Assembly (NCBI GenBank): GCA_033763315.1
Contig: JANRKS010000007.1
Location: 160,001 to 224,000 of the forward strand
Reading direction: 5' to 3'
Origin: Deltaproteobacteria bacterium
GTDB taxonomy: Bacteria; Myxococcota_A; Polyangia; Fen-1088
DNA length: 64,000 nt
This document shows positions 28,531 to 37,870 of this stretch, one piece after another. Under the pieces are notes generated by a model. It did not search any database. It was not told the origin of the DNA and worked only from the letters and a program-made list of their open reading frames with translations. Numbering within the stretch: the first letter of the stretch is position 1; each line of letters starts with the position of its first letter. A program made the translations under genes and the position numbers.

Positions 28531-29095
28531 TCACCGTGGTTTGCTCGGGGTGGTATTGGGATTGGCGCCGAAGTCGTTTGTGCGAAGGCTCGCACATGGC
28601 CCTGCGGCAAGCCTGCATCCTCCGTTCACTGCCTGTGCCCGTACTGCGCCAAAGCGCGCGCGGGGCTAAGCGCGTGAGCCCAGCCGGGCGATAGCAGCAG
28701 AAGCGCTACCCATGCGTGCGTGATCAACGCCGGCGCTCATGCCGCAGTTTATCGCAGGGAAGGTGCAGGGGCGTAAGGTGTTGGCGGACGGGGGCACAGC
28801 AAACGCAAAGCGCACGCCGTTGCCTTCGCGCTTCCATTGGTGAGCCTACAGTCCCGCGCACTGTATTGTGGTCGGGTTTCCTGCTGTTTTTGGTGGCTTA
28901 TGATCTTGGACGGAAAGAGCATGTATGCGTGGCTGCTGGCATTCATGCCCAGAAACCATCGCGACAAGATGGCAACCACCGTCGATGAGGTTTCTGCTTA
29001 TCGGCCCGCTGAATCCAACCGTTGCCGCCACAGACGATTGTGGACCTTGCCATTGGACGTTGTGACGACGCGACGAACTGAGGTAGGCTGCGGGC

Positions 29096-30022
29096 ATGCG
29101 GGCAAGAACTCTGGTGTTTTTCTGGCCGTTGCTCCTGGCCTTGGCTTGCGAGAATGAGGGTGACCGACGACGTCCAGCCGTGGACGCGAGCGGCGCTGAC
29201 GAAGGCGGCGTGAGGCTCGACGGCTCCAACCCTTTTGTGGGTGGTGACGCGCAAGGCGCTGCTGCAGACGTAGCGCCCGGGGCCGGAGGCGCCGCCGTGG
29301 GCTCTAGTGGCGGCAGTGGCGGGGCCGGTGGTCGCGATCCCAATCTTCTCGGTGTCCGCATCGTGCACGCATCCACGAAGTACATCAACGACGCTCTCGA
29401 TTTTTGCGTTCAGATGGGCAATGGCGAACCCATCGGTCCGTACTTGGAGCAGGCAGGCGTGATCGGCGGAGTACCCTTTGGCAGCGTGAGTGCTGTCCGT
29501 TACGTACCTCGAGGCGCCAACCTCGTCATGCGCGCCGTACGTGCCAGCGGTACCGATTGCACCGGACCCTTGGGCTATCCTAGCCTGACTGGCCTTGGCA
29601 CCTATGACGAAGTTGATGTGGTGTTGTTGCTGAGCGACGCGGTGATCTCGAAAGGCCTTCAAGCCTTTCCAGCGGCTACGGCAAGCAAGGATACGCTTGC
29701 CTTCTACGACCTCCTGAACGACGTTGGCGCCGCGCCGAACCGCACGGCTTCGTTTGTACCAAGCGCAGGGCCAGCTGTTCCGTTTGTATACGGAATGCCC
29801 ATCACTGCTCTTGATGCGGCACAAAGCGGCCGAGTGGTGGTGACGTCGCCCGTATTGAGCCAACCTATCGAGCGTACCTACAAGCCCGCAAGCAATGGGC
29901 GCACGCTTATAATGCTCCTGGGGGCAACAAACGATGCGGCCGGCTGGAAGTTGGTTGTATGCGATTATGACGCTCCGGCCGTCGGCGGTGTTCTCAATTG
30001 CAGTGAAACGGTTCGTCGCTGA
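29096..30022 (+). CDS. Lipoprotein with Gly-rich linker and DUF4397-like domain
   Basis: ALAC lipobox; VRIVHAS...ALDFC...GVPFGSVSAVRYVP. Confidence 0.7.
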   Translation: MRARTLVFFWPLLLALACENEGDRRRPAVDASGADEGGVRLDGSNPFVGGDAQGAAADVAPGAGGAAVGSSGGSGGAGGRDPNLLGVRIVHASTKYINDALDFCVQMGNGEPIGPYLEQAGVIGGVPFGSVSAVRYVPRGANLVMRAVRASGTDCTGPLGYPSLTGLGTYDEVDVVLLLSDAVISKGLQAFPAATASKDTLAFYDLLNDVGAAPNRTASFVPSAGPAVPFVYGMPITALDAAQSGRVVVTSPVLSQPIERTYKPASNGRTLIMLLGATNDAAGWKLVVCDYDAPAVGGVLNCSETVRR

Positions 30023-30523
30023 TCGGTCCATCAGCAGGTCGTGACACAGTCGGTGGCTACTCCGCGAGCTGCCTCATGTTAAGCGCGCCGGGCGGCAGGG
30101 GGTCGTTTAACGCCGCTTGAGTTTCGGTTCAGCACAAACGTAGGAACACTAAACCCAAAAACCGGTGTGGTCACCGACATGGGCCAAGCCGTGGCCACGC
30201 GAGGCCACCGAAGCCGGCAGCGACGAAGCCATCGACACCGCCCTGAGCGAAAGCAGGTGGATATCAGTGCTCTCGGAACGGCCGACAAACCCTGCGGCAC
30301 CCGCATCGGCTCGCACGCTTGTGAAGCTTCCAAGCGTTCCAACCTAAATCCGATTTCCCTCGAGATTGTGCGACAGGACGACCGGAGCTCCGTCAGGGAC
30401 GGTGACACACATGGAAATGGCAGCCACACAAGCGGAGCGGCCACCTGCTCAAGCCACAGGCAGTTCGCAACGACGCCGCTCTTGCGTCTGACGTGGACCG
30501 GATCGTGAAGAAGGAGGAGAACT

Positions 30524-33370
30524 GTGAAGATTGAACCAATCATGCGAAAGAGTCGGTCGACTCGTTCGAGTTTGGCGACCACCCTGTGCGCAGCAACAAT
30601 GCTTACGGCCGCATGCCAGGGGCTCGAAGAGCCTGGCTACGAGGTAGCCTCCACCCAGGCGGTCACCTTCAGCGGACAGGACGAGCCGCTGCTCCCGACG
30701 GAGGGATTCGCGGCCTTCATCGATTGGCGGATGCAAGACACGTTCGTCGATTGGGACGGCGATGGACTGCCTGATCTCACGCGAGACTGGAACGGGGACG
30801 GCGTCATGGAAGAGTCGCCCCATCCCTCGCTGTTGACCGCCCGCGAGTGGACGGTCTGGCTGGACGGTTGCAAATCCGCTTCGACCACGGGGTACGTCAC
30901 CAGTTACCAATGGACGATCGAACTCCCCTCGGGGACCAAGGTGGTCAACAGCAAGCTTTGCGACACCGCAGTATCCTTGCCGGAAGGCCAATTCAAAACG
31001 ACGCTCGTATTGACGAACCAGCGAGGCGAGACCACGAGCACGTCTCGTTCTATCAAAGTCAGAAACTACCTGATTGTCGCCATGGGCGATTCTGTGTCGT
31101 CGGGCGAGGGCAACCCGGATCGACCGATCAGGCTCTTGCGCGGCCAAGATGGGTCACACAAGAACGCGCCTCCTAAATGGGCGGATCGGCAGTGCCACCG
31201 TTCCTCGTGGGCGGGCGCGGCGCAGGCAGCCGCGATGCTCGAGAGATCAGATCCGCGCAGCAGCGTTACGTTCCTTGGTCTTGGCTGCTCTGGGGCGAGC
31301 ATCTACGAGGGACTTATCGGCGAGTATGCAGGGCAAGAGAGGGTGTCGTCCTATCAAGAACACTGTGATCACCGGGGTGCCCACTGTACCACGACTCCGG
31401 TTTACTTCCCGTCGAAGCGGTCCCAGATTCGCGCGGCCGCGGCGACCGTCTGCGGCCCCGCCGGATGCTTGAATGCTCCGCGAAGGATTGATGCGGTGCT
31501 GTTGAATGTGGGCGCGAACGATGTTGCCTTTGGTGACGTCGTCAGGGAGTGCGCTGTGCCGTACGACACGTGGCCTCTTGGCAAAGACTGCGACAGGAAC
31601 GACGACCTCAAAGCGAAGGTCTCTCGTGGGCTGAGCCTTCTGCCGGATAGCTACCGGCAGCTCGATGTCACGATCCGATCGATGCTGAACCCGCGCGCAA
31701 TCCTGATCGCTGAGTACTTCGACCCGACCCAGACCACAAACGGCAACTGCCAGTCAATGGTGTTCAACGACGCTGTCGAGATCACGTACGACCGAACCGT
31801 CGATCCGATTCTGCCGTACACATTCGTGTGGCCAAACGTTACGGCCGCCGCGACGGCATTGAAGTGGATCACGAATCAAGATGACGGTCGCATCGATTTC
31901 AATGAAATCGCATGGGCGCGCGACAACGTCGTCAAGCCGCTGAACGACGTCATTCGAAACGCAGCTTCTGCCAACGGCTGGACTCACGTGGGAGGCATCG
32001 CTTCGGACTTCGCGAAGGCACACGGTTACTGCGCCGACGATCACTGGATCGTGCGTTACAACGAGTCCTTCGCCGCGCAGGGGCGCGAGGAGGGCACCAT
32101 GCATCCGAACCGCGTCGGCCACGCGGCGATTGCCAATCGCTTCCTCGAGTCACTTCGCCGAGTCCTCGGGCAGGTCCCCCTCGACCTGCCTGTGACCCCA
32201 GAGATCGTCGGGCCCACGATCTTCATTGGACCCGAGTACGGCTATGAGAGCGGCGGCTGGCGCGTGGGTCGCCATCCTCGCTTCCTCGCCGACATGAACG
32301 GCGATCAAAAGGTGGACATCATCGGGATGGCCGACGCGGGAGTGGTCGTGTCGCAGGGACGCACCGCGGGTTTCGGGCCGTCCCAGTTCAATCTCGCCCA
32401 GTTCGGCGCCGGTCCAGAAGGTGGCAACTGGGATGCGGTCCGCCACCCGCGACTCGTAGCTGACATGGATCGAGACGGGAACGCCGACATCGTGGGTTTT
32501 GCGGAGGCAGGTGTTCACATCGGCTACTCGAACAAGATCACCTTCGTCGATTCTTACGTGCTGGCCGCGTTCGGTGCGAGCGCCGGGGGCTGGGACGGCC
32601 TGCGACACCCGCGGGTTGTGGCGGATGTCGACGGTAATAACCTGCTGGACATCATCGGGTTTGCCGAGGATGGTGTTCATGTCTCACGAGGACGCGTGGG
32701 TCGGTCCTTTGACGCCCCGGTGCTGGCGTCCACGGCTTTCGGTGCCAAAGACGGCTGGAGCAGCCCACAGTACACACGATTGGTCGCGGACATCACTGGC
32801 GACCTTCGTGCGGACATCGTCGCTTTCGGGTACGCCGGAGTCACAGTGGCACTCGGCACGCCCGCTGGTACGTTCGGGGCTCCGTTCGTGACTCTGCCCA
32901 CGTTCGGCGGGTCCCCGGAGGCCGGGGGCTGGGATCAATCGACGCCGCGCATGCTCGCGGACGTGACCGGCGACGGGTATCCGGACATCGTGGGCTTCGG
33001 GAAGAACGGCGTGGATGTCGCCGTGAACCTCGGGGCGGGCAACTTCCAGGCTGCAGTCCGCTGGAGCAATACCTTCGGCAGCGGGGCCGCTGCGGGCGGT
33101 TGGGGATCGCAGCACCCGCGCGCGCTGGTTGACTTGGACGGCGACCGTAAGATGGACGTGGTGGGTTTCGGATACGAAGGCGTCGTGATCTCGCTCTCAT
33201 CTGGGTTGAGGTTCGGCCCGCCCGTGCTGGCTTTGCGGGATTACGGTGTCCAGGCGGCGTGGGACACCAGGAACAACCCGCGTCTCTTGGGTGATGCAAA
33301 CGGAGACGGTCGACCCGACATCGTCGGCTTCGCCTACGCCGGCACCATCTGGACGCCGTTCAAGCTGTGA
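30524..33370 (+). CDS. Lipoprotein: PKD-like + SGNH/GDSL hydrolase + seven PVL-type beta-propeller repeats
   Basis: AGGAGG RBS and TAAC lipobox. SGNH blocks GDSVSSGEG, CSGA, GAND, MHPN. Seven GW..HPRxxADxxGDxxxDIVGF repeats. Confidence 0.9.
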   Translation: MKIEPIMRKSRSTRSSLATTLCAATMLTAACQGLEEPGYEVASTQAVTFSGQDEPLLPTEGFAAFIDWRMQDTFVDWDGDGLPDLTRDWNGDGVMEESPHPSLLTAREWTVWLDGCKSASTTGYVTSYQWTIELPSGTKVVNSKLCDTAVSLPEGQFKTTLVLTNQRGETTSTSRSIKVRNYLIVAMGDSVSSGEGNPDRPIRLLRGQDGSHKNAPPKWADRQCHRSSWAGAAQAAAMLERSDPRSSVTFLGLGCSGASIYEGLIGEYAGQERVSSYQEHCDHRGAHCTTTPVYFPSKRSQIRAAAATVCGPAGCLNAPRRIDAVLLNVGANDVAFGDVVRECAVPYDTWPLGKDCDRNDDLKAKVSRGLSLLPDSYRQLDVTIRSMLNPRAILIAEYFDPTQTTNGNCQSMVFNDAVEITYDRTVDPILPYTFVWPNVTAAATALKWITNQDDGRIDFNEIAWARDNVVKPLNDVIRNAASANGWTHVGGIASDFAKAHGYCADDHWIVRYNESFAAQGREEGTMHPNRVGHAAIANRFLESLRRVLGQVPLDLPVTPEIVGPTIFIGPEYGYESGGWRVGRHPRFLADMNGDQKVDIIGMADAGVVVSQGRTAGFGPSQFNLAQFGAGPEGGNWDAVRHPRLVADMDRDGNADIVGFAEAGVHIGYSNKITFVDSYVLAAFGASAGGWDGLRHPRVVADVDGNNLLDIIGFAEDGVHVSRGRVGRSFDAPVLASTAFGAKDGWSSPQYTRLVADITGDLRADIVAFGYAGVTVALGTPAGTFGAPFVTLPTFGGSPEAGGWDQSTPRMLADVTGDGYPDIVGFGKNGVDVAVNLGAGNFQAAVRWSNTFGSGAAAGGWGSQHPRALVDLDGDRKMDVVGFGYEGVVISLSSGLRFGPPVLALRDYGVQAAWDTRNNPRLLGDANGDGRPDIVGFAYAGTIWTPFKL

Positions 33371-33406
33371 GCGCGTCTGCTTGATCCAGCGAGGCGCGCT
33401 CCACTT

Positions 33407-33472
33407 TTTATCAAGCTCTTTCGCGCAGCGAACGAGCGCCACGCCACAGCCCGGAACGATGCCCTCTTCAGC
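33407..33472 (-). pseudogene. Isolated groEL-like internal fragment
   Basis: Translates as AEEGIVPGCGVALVRCAKELDK, close to the conserved GroEL motif VEEGIVPGGGVALxR. Confidence 0.6.
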
Positions 33473-33480
33473 GAACCAGT

Positions 33481-33530
33481 AGAAGAAGGTTTCTGCGGGC
33501 CGCAGAAGAAGGTTTCTGCGGGCCGCAGAA
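33481..33530. repeat. Perfect 23-bp tandem duplication
   Basis: agaagaaggtttctgcgggccgc twice, plus a partial agaa. Confidence 0.95.
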
Positions 33531-33632
33531 AGCCCACCACGCCGGCTAGCGGCAGGACCGGTGCCCGGATAAAACCGCGTCTTGGGCCACTTGATGCTGC
33601 AGGATCTCCTCGTATCCGCACAACGCTCCATG

Positions 33633-33797
33633 AACCGCGCCAATCCCCACCTGCAACGTTGAGCCATCCTCGACCAACGCGGCCACGAGCTCAGCGATCT
33701 TCTGATCGACCTCTGTGGGCACAGCTTTCGGGGCATCCTGCAGCGGGCGATCCGTATGCATCAAGGCCGAGATGCGAGACAGCGGCACGAACGGCAA
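33633..33797 (-). pseudogene. Internal fragment of an acetyl-CoA hydrolase/4-hydroxybutyrate CoA-transferase
   Basis: FVPLSRISALMHTDRPL...TEVDQKIAELVAALVEDGSTLQVGIGAV motif; N- and C-terminal parts absent. Confidence 0.75.
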
Positions 33798-33818
33798 GGC
33801 CGAGCAAACAGCGGGTGA

Positions 33819-34592
33819 TCAGTTTTCAACGAACGCGCGTTCGATCACGTACTCGCCTTGATGATCGCTGTTGCCCTCGGAGAAGCCGCGGGTTTGCAAC
33901 ACGCTCAAGGTGTCTTTCAACATGCTGGGGCTGCCGCAAATCATCACGCGATCGTGTTGTGGATCTAGATCTGGGAAACCCAGGTCGGAAAACAACTTGC
34001 CGCTTTCCATCAAGTGGCTGATGCGCCCTTGGTTGCGGAATGCCTCGCGCGTGACCGTGGGATAATACCGCAACTGCTCTTTGACCTGATCGCCAACCAG
34101 TTCATGGTTGGGCAACTCGTTCTCGATGTAGTCTTTGTAGCCCAAGTCGCTGATCATGCGCGCGCCGTGGGCGATCGTCACATGCTCGAACTTTTCGTAC
34201 GTGGCTGGATCGCGGATGATGCTCATGAACGGCGCCAACCCTGTGCCCGTGCTCAACAAGTACAAGCGCTTGCCGGGGTGAAGGTTGTCCACCACCAACG
34301 TGCCTGTGGGCTTGCGGCTCACAAGAATCGAATCGCCCGGCTTCGTGTGCTGTAAGCGCGACGTGAGGCGGCCATCGGGCACCTTGATGCTGTAGAACTC
34401 CAGGTGCTCGTCGTAGTTGGCGCTCACCATGCTGTAGGCGCGCATCAGTGGCTTACCTTCCACTTCAAGGCCAATCATGACGAAGTGGCCATTCTTGAAG
34501 CGAAAGCTGGGGCTGCGCGTGGTGGTGAAACTAAACAGCGAGTCGTTCCAGTGGCGAACGCTTAGAACTTGTTCTTGGTTGATCAGGCTCAT
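33819..34592 (-). CDS. fpr: Ferredoxin--NADP+ reductase (bacterial subclass I)
   Basis: RAYS, GRLTSRL, STGTGLAPF, MICGS, C-terminal ERAFVEN. Confidence 0.95.
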   Translation of the reverse strand: MSLINQEQVLSVRHWNDSLFSFTTTRSPSFRFKNGHFVMIGLEVEGKPLMRAYSMVSANYDEHLEFYSIKVPDGRLTSRLQHTKPGDSILVSRKPTGTLVVDNLHPGKRLYLLSTGTGLAPFMSIIRDPATYEKFEHVTIAHGARMISDLGYKDYIENELPNHELVGDQVKEQLRYYPTVTREAFRNQGRISHLMESGKLFSDLGFPDLDPQHDRVMICGSPSMLKDTLSVLQTRGFSEGNSDHQGEYVIERAFVEN

Positions 34593-34631
34593 GCAACGGC
34601 TTCCTTAAAGTAAAGGTAGGCGACGCTTTCC

Positions 34632-34680
34632 TATCTGTATAACGGGATATTCAGATATAATCATTCGGCGCAGCCGATAT
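34632..34680. promoter_or_regulatory. Probable LysR (FinR-type) binding region between fpr and the regulator
   Basis: AT-rich dyads TATCTG...CAGATA and TATC...GATA in the divergent intergenic region. Confidence 0.45.
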
Positions 34681-34698
34681 AGGATTGGCTCGAAACCC

Positions 34699-35577
34699 AT
34701 GCGATACACGCTCCGTCAGTTGGAAGTCTTTTTGGCCGTGGCCCGCTTTGCCAGCGTCAGTCGGGCGGCCAAGGCCCTGTTTATGTCGCAATCAGCCACA
34801 AGCGGTGCGTTGGCGGATTTAGAACGCCAATTCAGCGTCCAGCTGTTCGATCGCGTGGGCAAACGGCTGGCGCTCAATGAGCTCGGGCAAGCGTTGCGTC
34901 CGCAGGCCGAAGCCACGCTGGAGCAAGCACAAGAGCTAGAACGGGCGCTGCAAACCCGCAATCCCGTGGGGCGCCTGCGGTTGGGGGCCACACTGACGAT
35001 CGGCAATTACGTGGCCGCCCCCTTGATGGCGCGGTTCTTGGCGGACCACCCGAACGCGCAGTTGTCGCTGGCCGTGGCCAACACCGAGCAGATCGCCCGC
35101 CAGGTGGCGAACTTTGAGATCGACGTGGGCATGATCGAAGGCGAGCTGCAGCATCCCGACCTGGACGTGGAGCCATGGCGCCAGGACCAATTGGTGGTGT
35201 TCTGTGCGCCTGACCACCCCTTGGGCCGCCGGCGGAACCTCACCGACGCGGATTTGGCCGCCAACGCGTGGGTTGTGCGTGAGCATGGCTCCGGCACGCG
35301 CCAGGCGTTTGACCGGGCCATGCACGGCCTGACCCTGCAAATCGCGCTTGAGCTGCAACACACCGAAGCCATCAAAAGTGCCGTGGCCTCGGGTATGGGA
35401 TTGGGTTGCCTGTCCGAATTGGCGCTGCAACAGGAATTTAGAAGCGGCACCCTGAAAGCCTGCAAGGTGCCCCAGCGGGATTTTCGCCGGCGTTTTTACT
35501 TTGTCTTACACAAGCACAAGCACCGCGGCACAGGGGCGCAAGCCTGGCTGCAGCTGTGCCGGCAACCGGCACTTTAA
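34699..35577 (+). CDS. finR: LysR family regulator, FinR-like
   Basis: MRYTLRQLEVF...QLFDRVGKRL HTH, GATLTIGNY, REHGSGTRQ. Divergent from fpr, as in the Pseudomonas fpr-finR arrangement. Confidence 0.8.
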   Translation: MRYTLRQLEVFLAVARFASVSRAAKALFMSQSATSGALADLERQFSVQLFDRVGKRLALNELGQALRPQAEATLEQAQELERALQTRNPVGRLRLGATLTIGNYVAAPLMARFLADHPNAQLSLAVANTEQIARQVANFEIDVGMIEGELQHPDLDVEPWRQDQLVVFCAPDHPLGRRRNLTDADLAANAWVVREHGSGTRQAFDRAMHGLTLQIALELQHTEAIKSAVASGMGLGCLSELALQQEFRSGTLKACKVPQRDFRRRFYFVLHKHKHRGTGAQAWLQLCRQPAL

Positions 35578-35643
35578 ACTTAAGCCCCCAACGCAAGCCG
35601 CCGACATGACCCTAGCGAGGCCTGTTCTCGCAGGCGTTCCTTA

Positions 35644-36846
35644 ATGACGGTCCTCATTGCCGACTCCGATCTGATCACACGCACCCTGCTTGAGAAGTCA
35701 TTGGGCGGCGGTGGTTACGACGTGGCGATCGCGGCCACGCCCGAAGAGGCCGAGCTCGTTCTACTCGGCAACACGCAGATCAACGCCGTTGTGGTGGACG
35801 GCAAAGTCAGCGGCGGCTTCGGCACACCGCTGTGCTCGCGTTTGCGGCAACGCGCCGGCGAGCGCCCTTTGTTTGTGATCATGATGATCCGTCGCGAGGA
35901 TGGATCCGATATTCGCAGCGCGCTTGAAAACGGCGCCAACGAGGTGATCAACAAGCCTGTCAACATAGATGAGATGCTCGCGCGTTTGGCCAACGGCCTG
36001 CGCATGCTTGAGGCCGAAGAATCGCTTTGGACCGCCCGGGCGTACTTGGCGGCGGTCATGGACAACTTAGACGTGGGTGTGATCATCACGGGCACCGACG
36101 GGCGCGTGGCGCAAGCCAACGAAGCGATCGCGCGCGTGGGTGGCGTGCCGCCCGAACACATCATCGGCCGTGAACGCAGCCACGTGTACGCGCATTGGCA
36201 GGGGCGCGATGATCGCAGCGCAAGCACGTTCATCCCGGGCCGCGAAGACGTCGACCTGCCGGGGCGCCAACGCCGCGTTTTGCGCGTGACGCGCGCGCTC
36301 TCGAAGCTGCCTTGGGGCGAGATCAGGATCGAGCTTTGCCAAGATGCTTCGAAGGAAATCCTTTACGACGAGTTCGTTGAGAAGTCGTCGCAAACCGACC
36401 CCGTCACGGGCGTGTTGAACCGGCAAGGCGGCGAAACAGCGTTGCGCAAAGCGCTCGATCGCTCACAGCGGCACAGCGAAGGATTGTCGGTGGGAGCTTT
36501 GCGCTTGGCAAACCTGCCAAGCACGGGCGGCCCCGCCGGCCCCGCGTTGGTCGATAAAGTGTTGCGGCAAGTGGCGCAGCTTTTGGTGAGGCTCACACGT
36601 GGCACGGATGAAGTGGCCCGCTGGAGCGCGGACGGATTCATTGTGGTGCTGCACAACGCGGCCAAAAACCAGGCGGATGTCGTGATCAAGCGATTGCAAA
36701 AGGCCGTCACGACGTTGCAGGTGGAAGGTGCCCCCAGCTTGTTGCTCGCGGTTGGCATCACTGAATGCGACAACGCCGCGAGCGTGGAAGAAGTCATTGA
36801 GCGCGCGTGGGCGAGCGTGGGACCGGCCACCACATTTGTTGGGTAA
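35644..36846 (+). CDS. REC-PAS-GGDEF protein with degenerate active site
   Basis: N-terminal receiver domain (KP), PAS, TDPVTGVLNR, RGTD I-site, RWSADGF in place of RxGGDEF. Confidence 0.85.
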   Translation: MTVLIADSDLITRTLLEKSLGGGGYDVAIAATPEEAELVLLGNTQINAVVVDGKVSGGFGTPLCSRLRQRAGERPLFVIMMIRREDGSDIRSALENGANEVINKPVNIDEMLARLANGLRMLEAEESLWTARAYLAAVMDNLDVGVIITGTDGRVAQANEAIARVGGVPPEHIIGRERSHVYAHWQGRDDRSASTFIPGREDVDLPGRQRRVLRVTRALSKLPWGEIRIELCQDASKEILYDEFVEKSSQTDPVTGVLNRQGGETALRKALDRSQRHSEGLSVGALRLANLPSTGGPAGPALVDKVLRQVAQLLVRLTRGTDEVARWSADGFIVVLHNAAKNQADVVIKRLQKAVTTLQVEGAPSLLLAVGITECDNAASVEEVIERAWASVGPATTFVG

Positions 36847-36961
36847 AATGTTGGGTAAAAAATTGGGGAATATCCCGGGCCATTTGCCGTAACAGCGGCG
36901 ATTCGGTGATCCAGTCAACGGGTGTACTTGAATCGTGAAGCGCCTGTGGTAATTGGGCTTC

Positions 36962-37867
36962 ATGTTTAAGTGGGCTTTGCTGGCTGGGGCCGCGTTGGTG
37001 TGGGCGTGCACGGTGCCTGCGGATGATCTTGGACCTGGTGTTGATGCCGACACAGGCACGATACAAACCGGGGGCACAGGCGGCGCACGCAGTGGGGGCG
37101 GCAACCAGGGCGGCAAGGGCATGGGGGGCGTCGTTGGCAGCGGGGGTCTAGCCGCAATGGGAGGGGCGCCCGGAATGGGTGGCGAGCTCGGCGGCGGCGG
37201 TGCCGCAGTCACAGGCGGTATCGGCGGCAGCGTTGCCACGGGTGGCACACCAGGTACAGGCGGCGTGGTTGCCACAGGGGGCACGCCCGGCACAGGCGGC
37301 AGCGTCGCCACAGGGGGCACGCCCGGCACAGGCGGCGTGGTTGCCACCGGAGGCACACCGGGCACGGGCGGCACCACACCAGTGTTGACCGACACCGCGC
37401 GCTTCAACTTCGAGACGAGCACACAAGGTTGGACCGATTTGGGCGTCGGCACCAGCCGGGAGCCCGGATTGGCCCCCGTTCGTTCATCCGATAGAGCCTA
37501 CGCCGGCGATTACAGTTTGCGGTATCCGATCGTCGTCACCAAGAACAACACCAGCGAACGCTTGGCTGGCGTGGTTGCCGGTGGCATCGGTGATTTGCCT
37601 CCCGGCAAGACCATCACGTTTCAGGTGTGGGTGCCGCCGGGGCATAAGATCACCACCTTGCAGGGCTTCGTGCAAACACGCGCCGCCAATTCATGGCAAC
37701 AAGATCAACGAACGGGAGAGCAAATCGGCACGGCCGCGTGGACGCAACTGAGCGTTCCCATTCCGCCATCGTTTGCAGGCCAAGATCCGCTTGAACTCGG
37801 CGTTCGCGTGACTGTGAACGGGCAGTGGTCAGGCGACGTTTACATCGATTCTGTGCGCGTGCAGTAG
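36962..37867 (+). CDS. Lipoprotein with Gly/Thr-rich repeats and C-terminal carbohydrate-binding-like domain
   Basis: VWAC lipobox; FNFETSTQGW...VYIDSV jelly-roll-like termini. Confidence 0.8.
   Translation: MFKWALLAGAALVWACTVPADDLGPGVDADTGTIQTGGTGGARSGGGNQGGKGMGGVVGSGGLAAMGGAPGMGGELGGGGAAVTGGIGGSVATGGTPGTGGVVATGGTPGTGGSVATGGTPGTGGVVATGGTPGTGGTTPVLTDTARFNFETSTQGWTDLGVGTSREPGLAPVRSSDRAYAGDYSLRYPIVVTKNNTSERLAGVVAGGIGDLPPGKTITFQVWVPPGHKITTLQGFVQTRAANSWQQDQRTGEQIGTAAWTQLSVPIPPSFAGQDPLELGVRVTVNGQWSGDVYIDSVRVQ
37223..37366 (+). repeat. Four 36-bp coding tandem repeats (GG[SV]VATGGTPGT)
   Basis: Seen in DNA and protein; S and V units alternate. Confidence 0.9.
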
Positions 37868-37870
37868 CGA

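Noticed and set aside
33481-33530. 23-bp repeat as a mini-CRISPR
   Set aside because: The copies are directly adjacent with no spacer; a simple tandem duplication.
36837-36870. tgttgggtaaaa tandem 12-mer at the end of the GGDEF gene
   Set aside because: Only two copies plus a degenerate third; probably slippage, with no supportable function.
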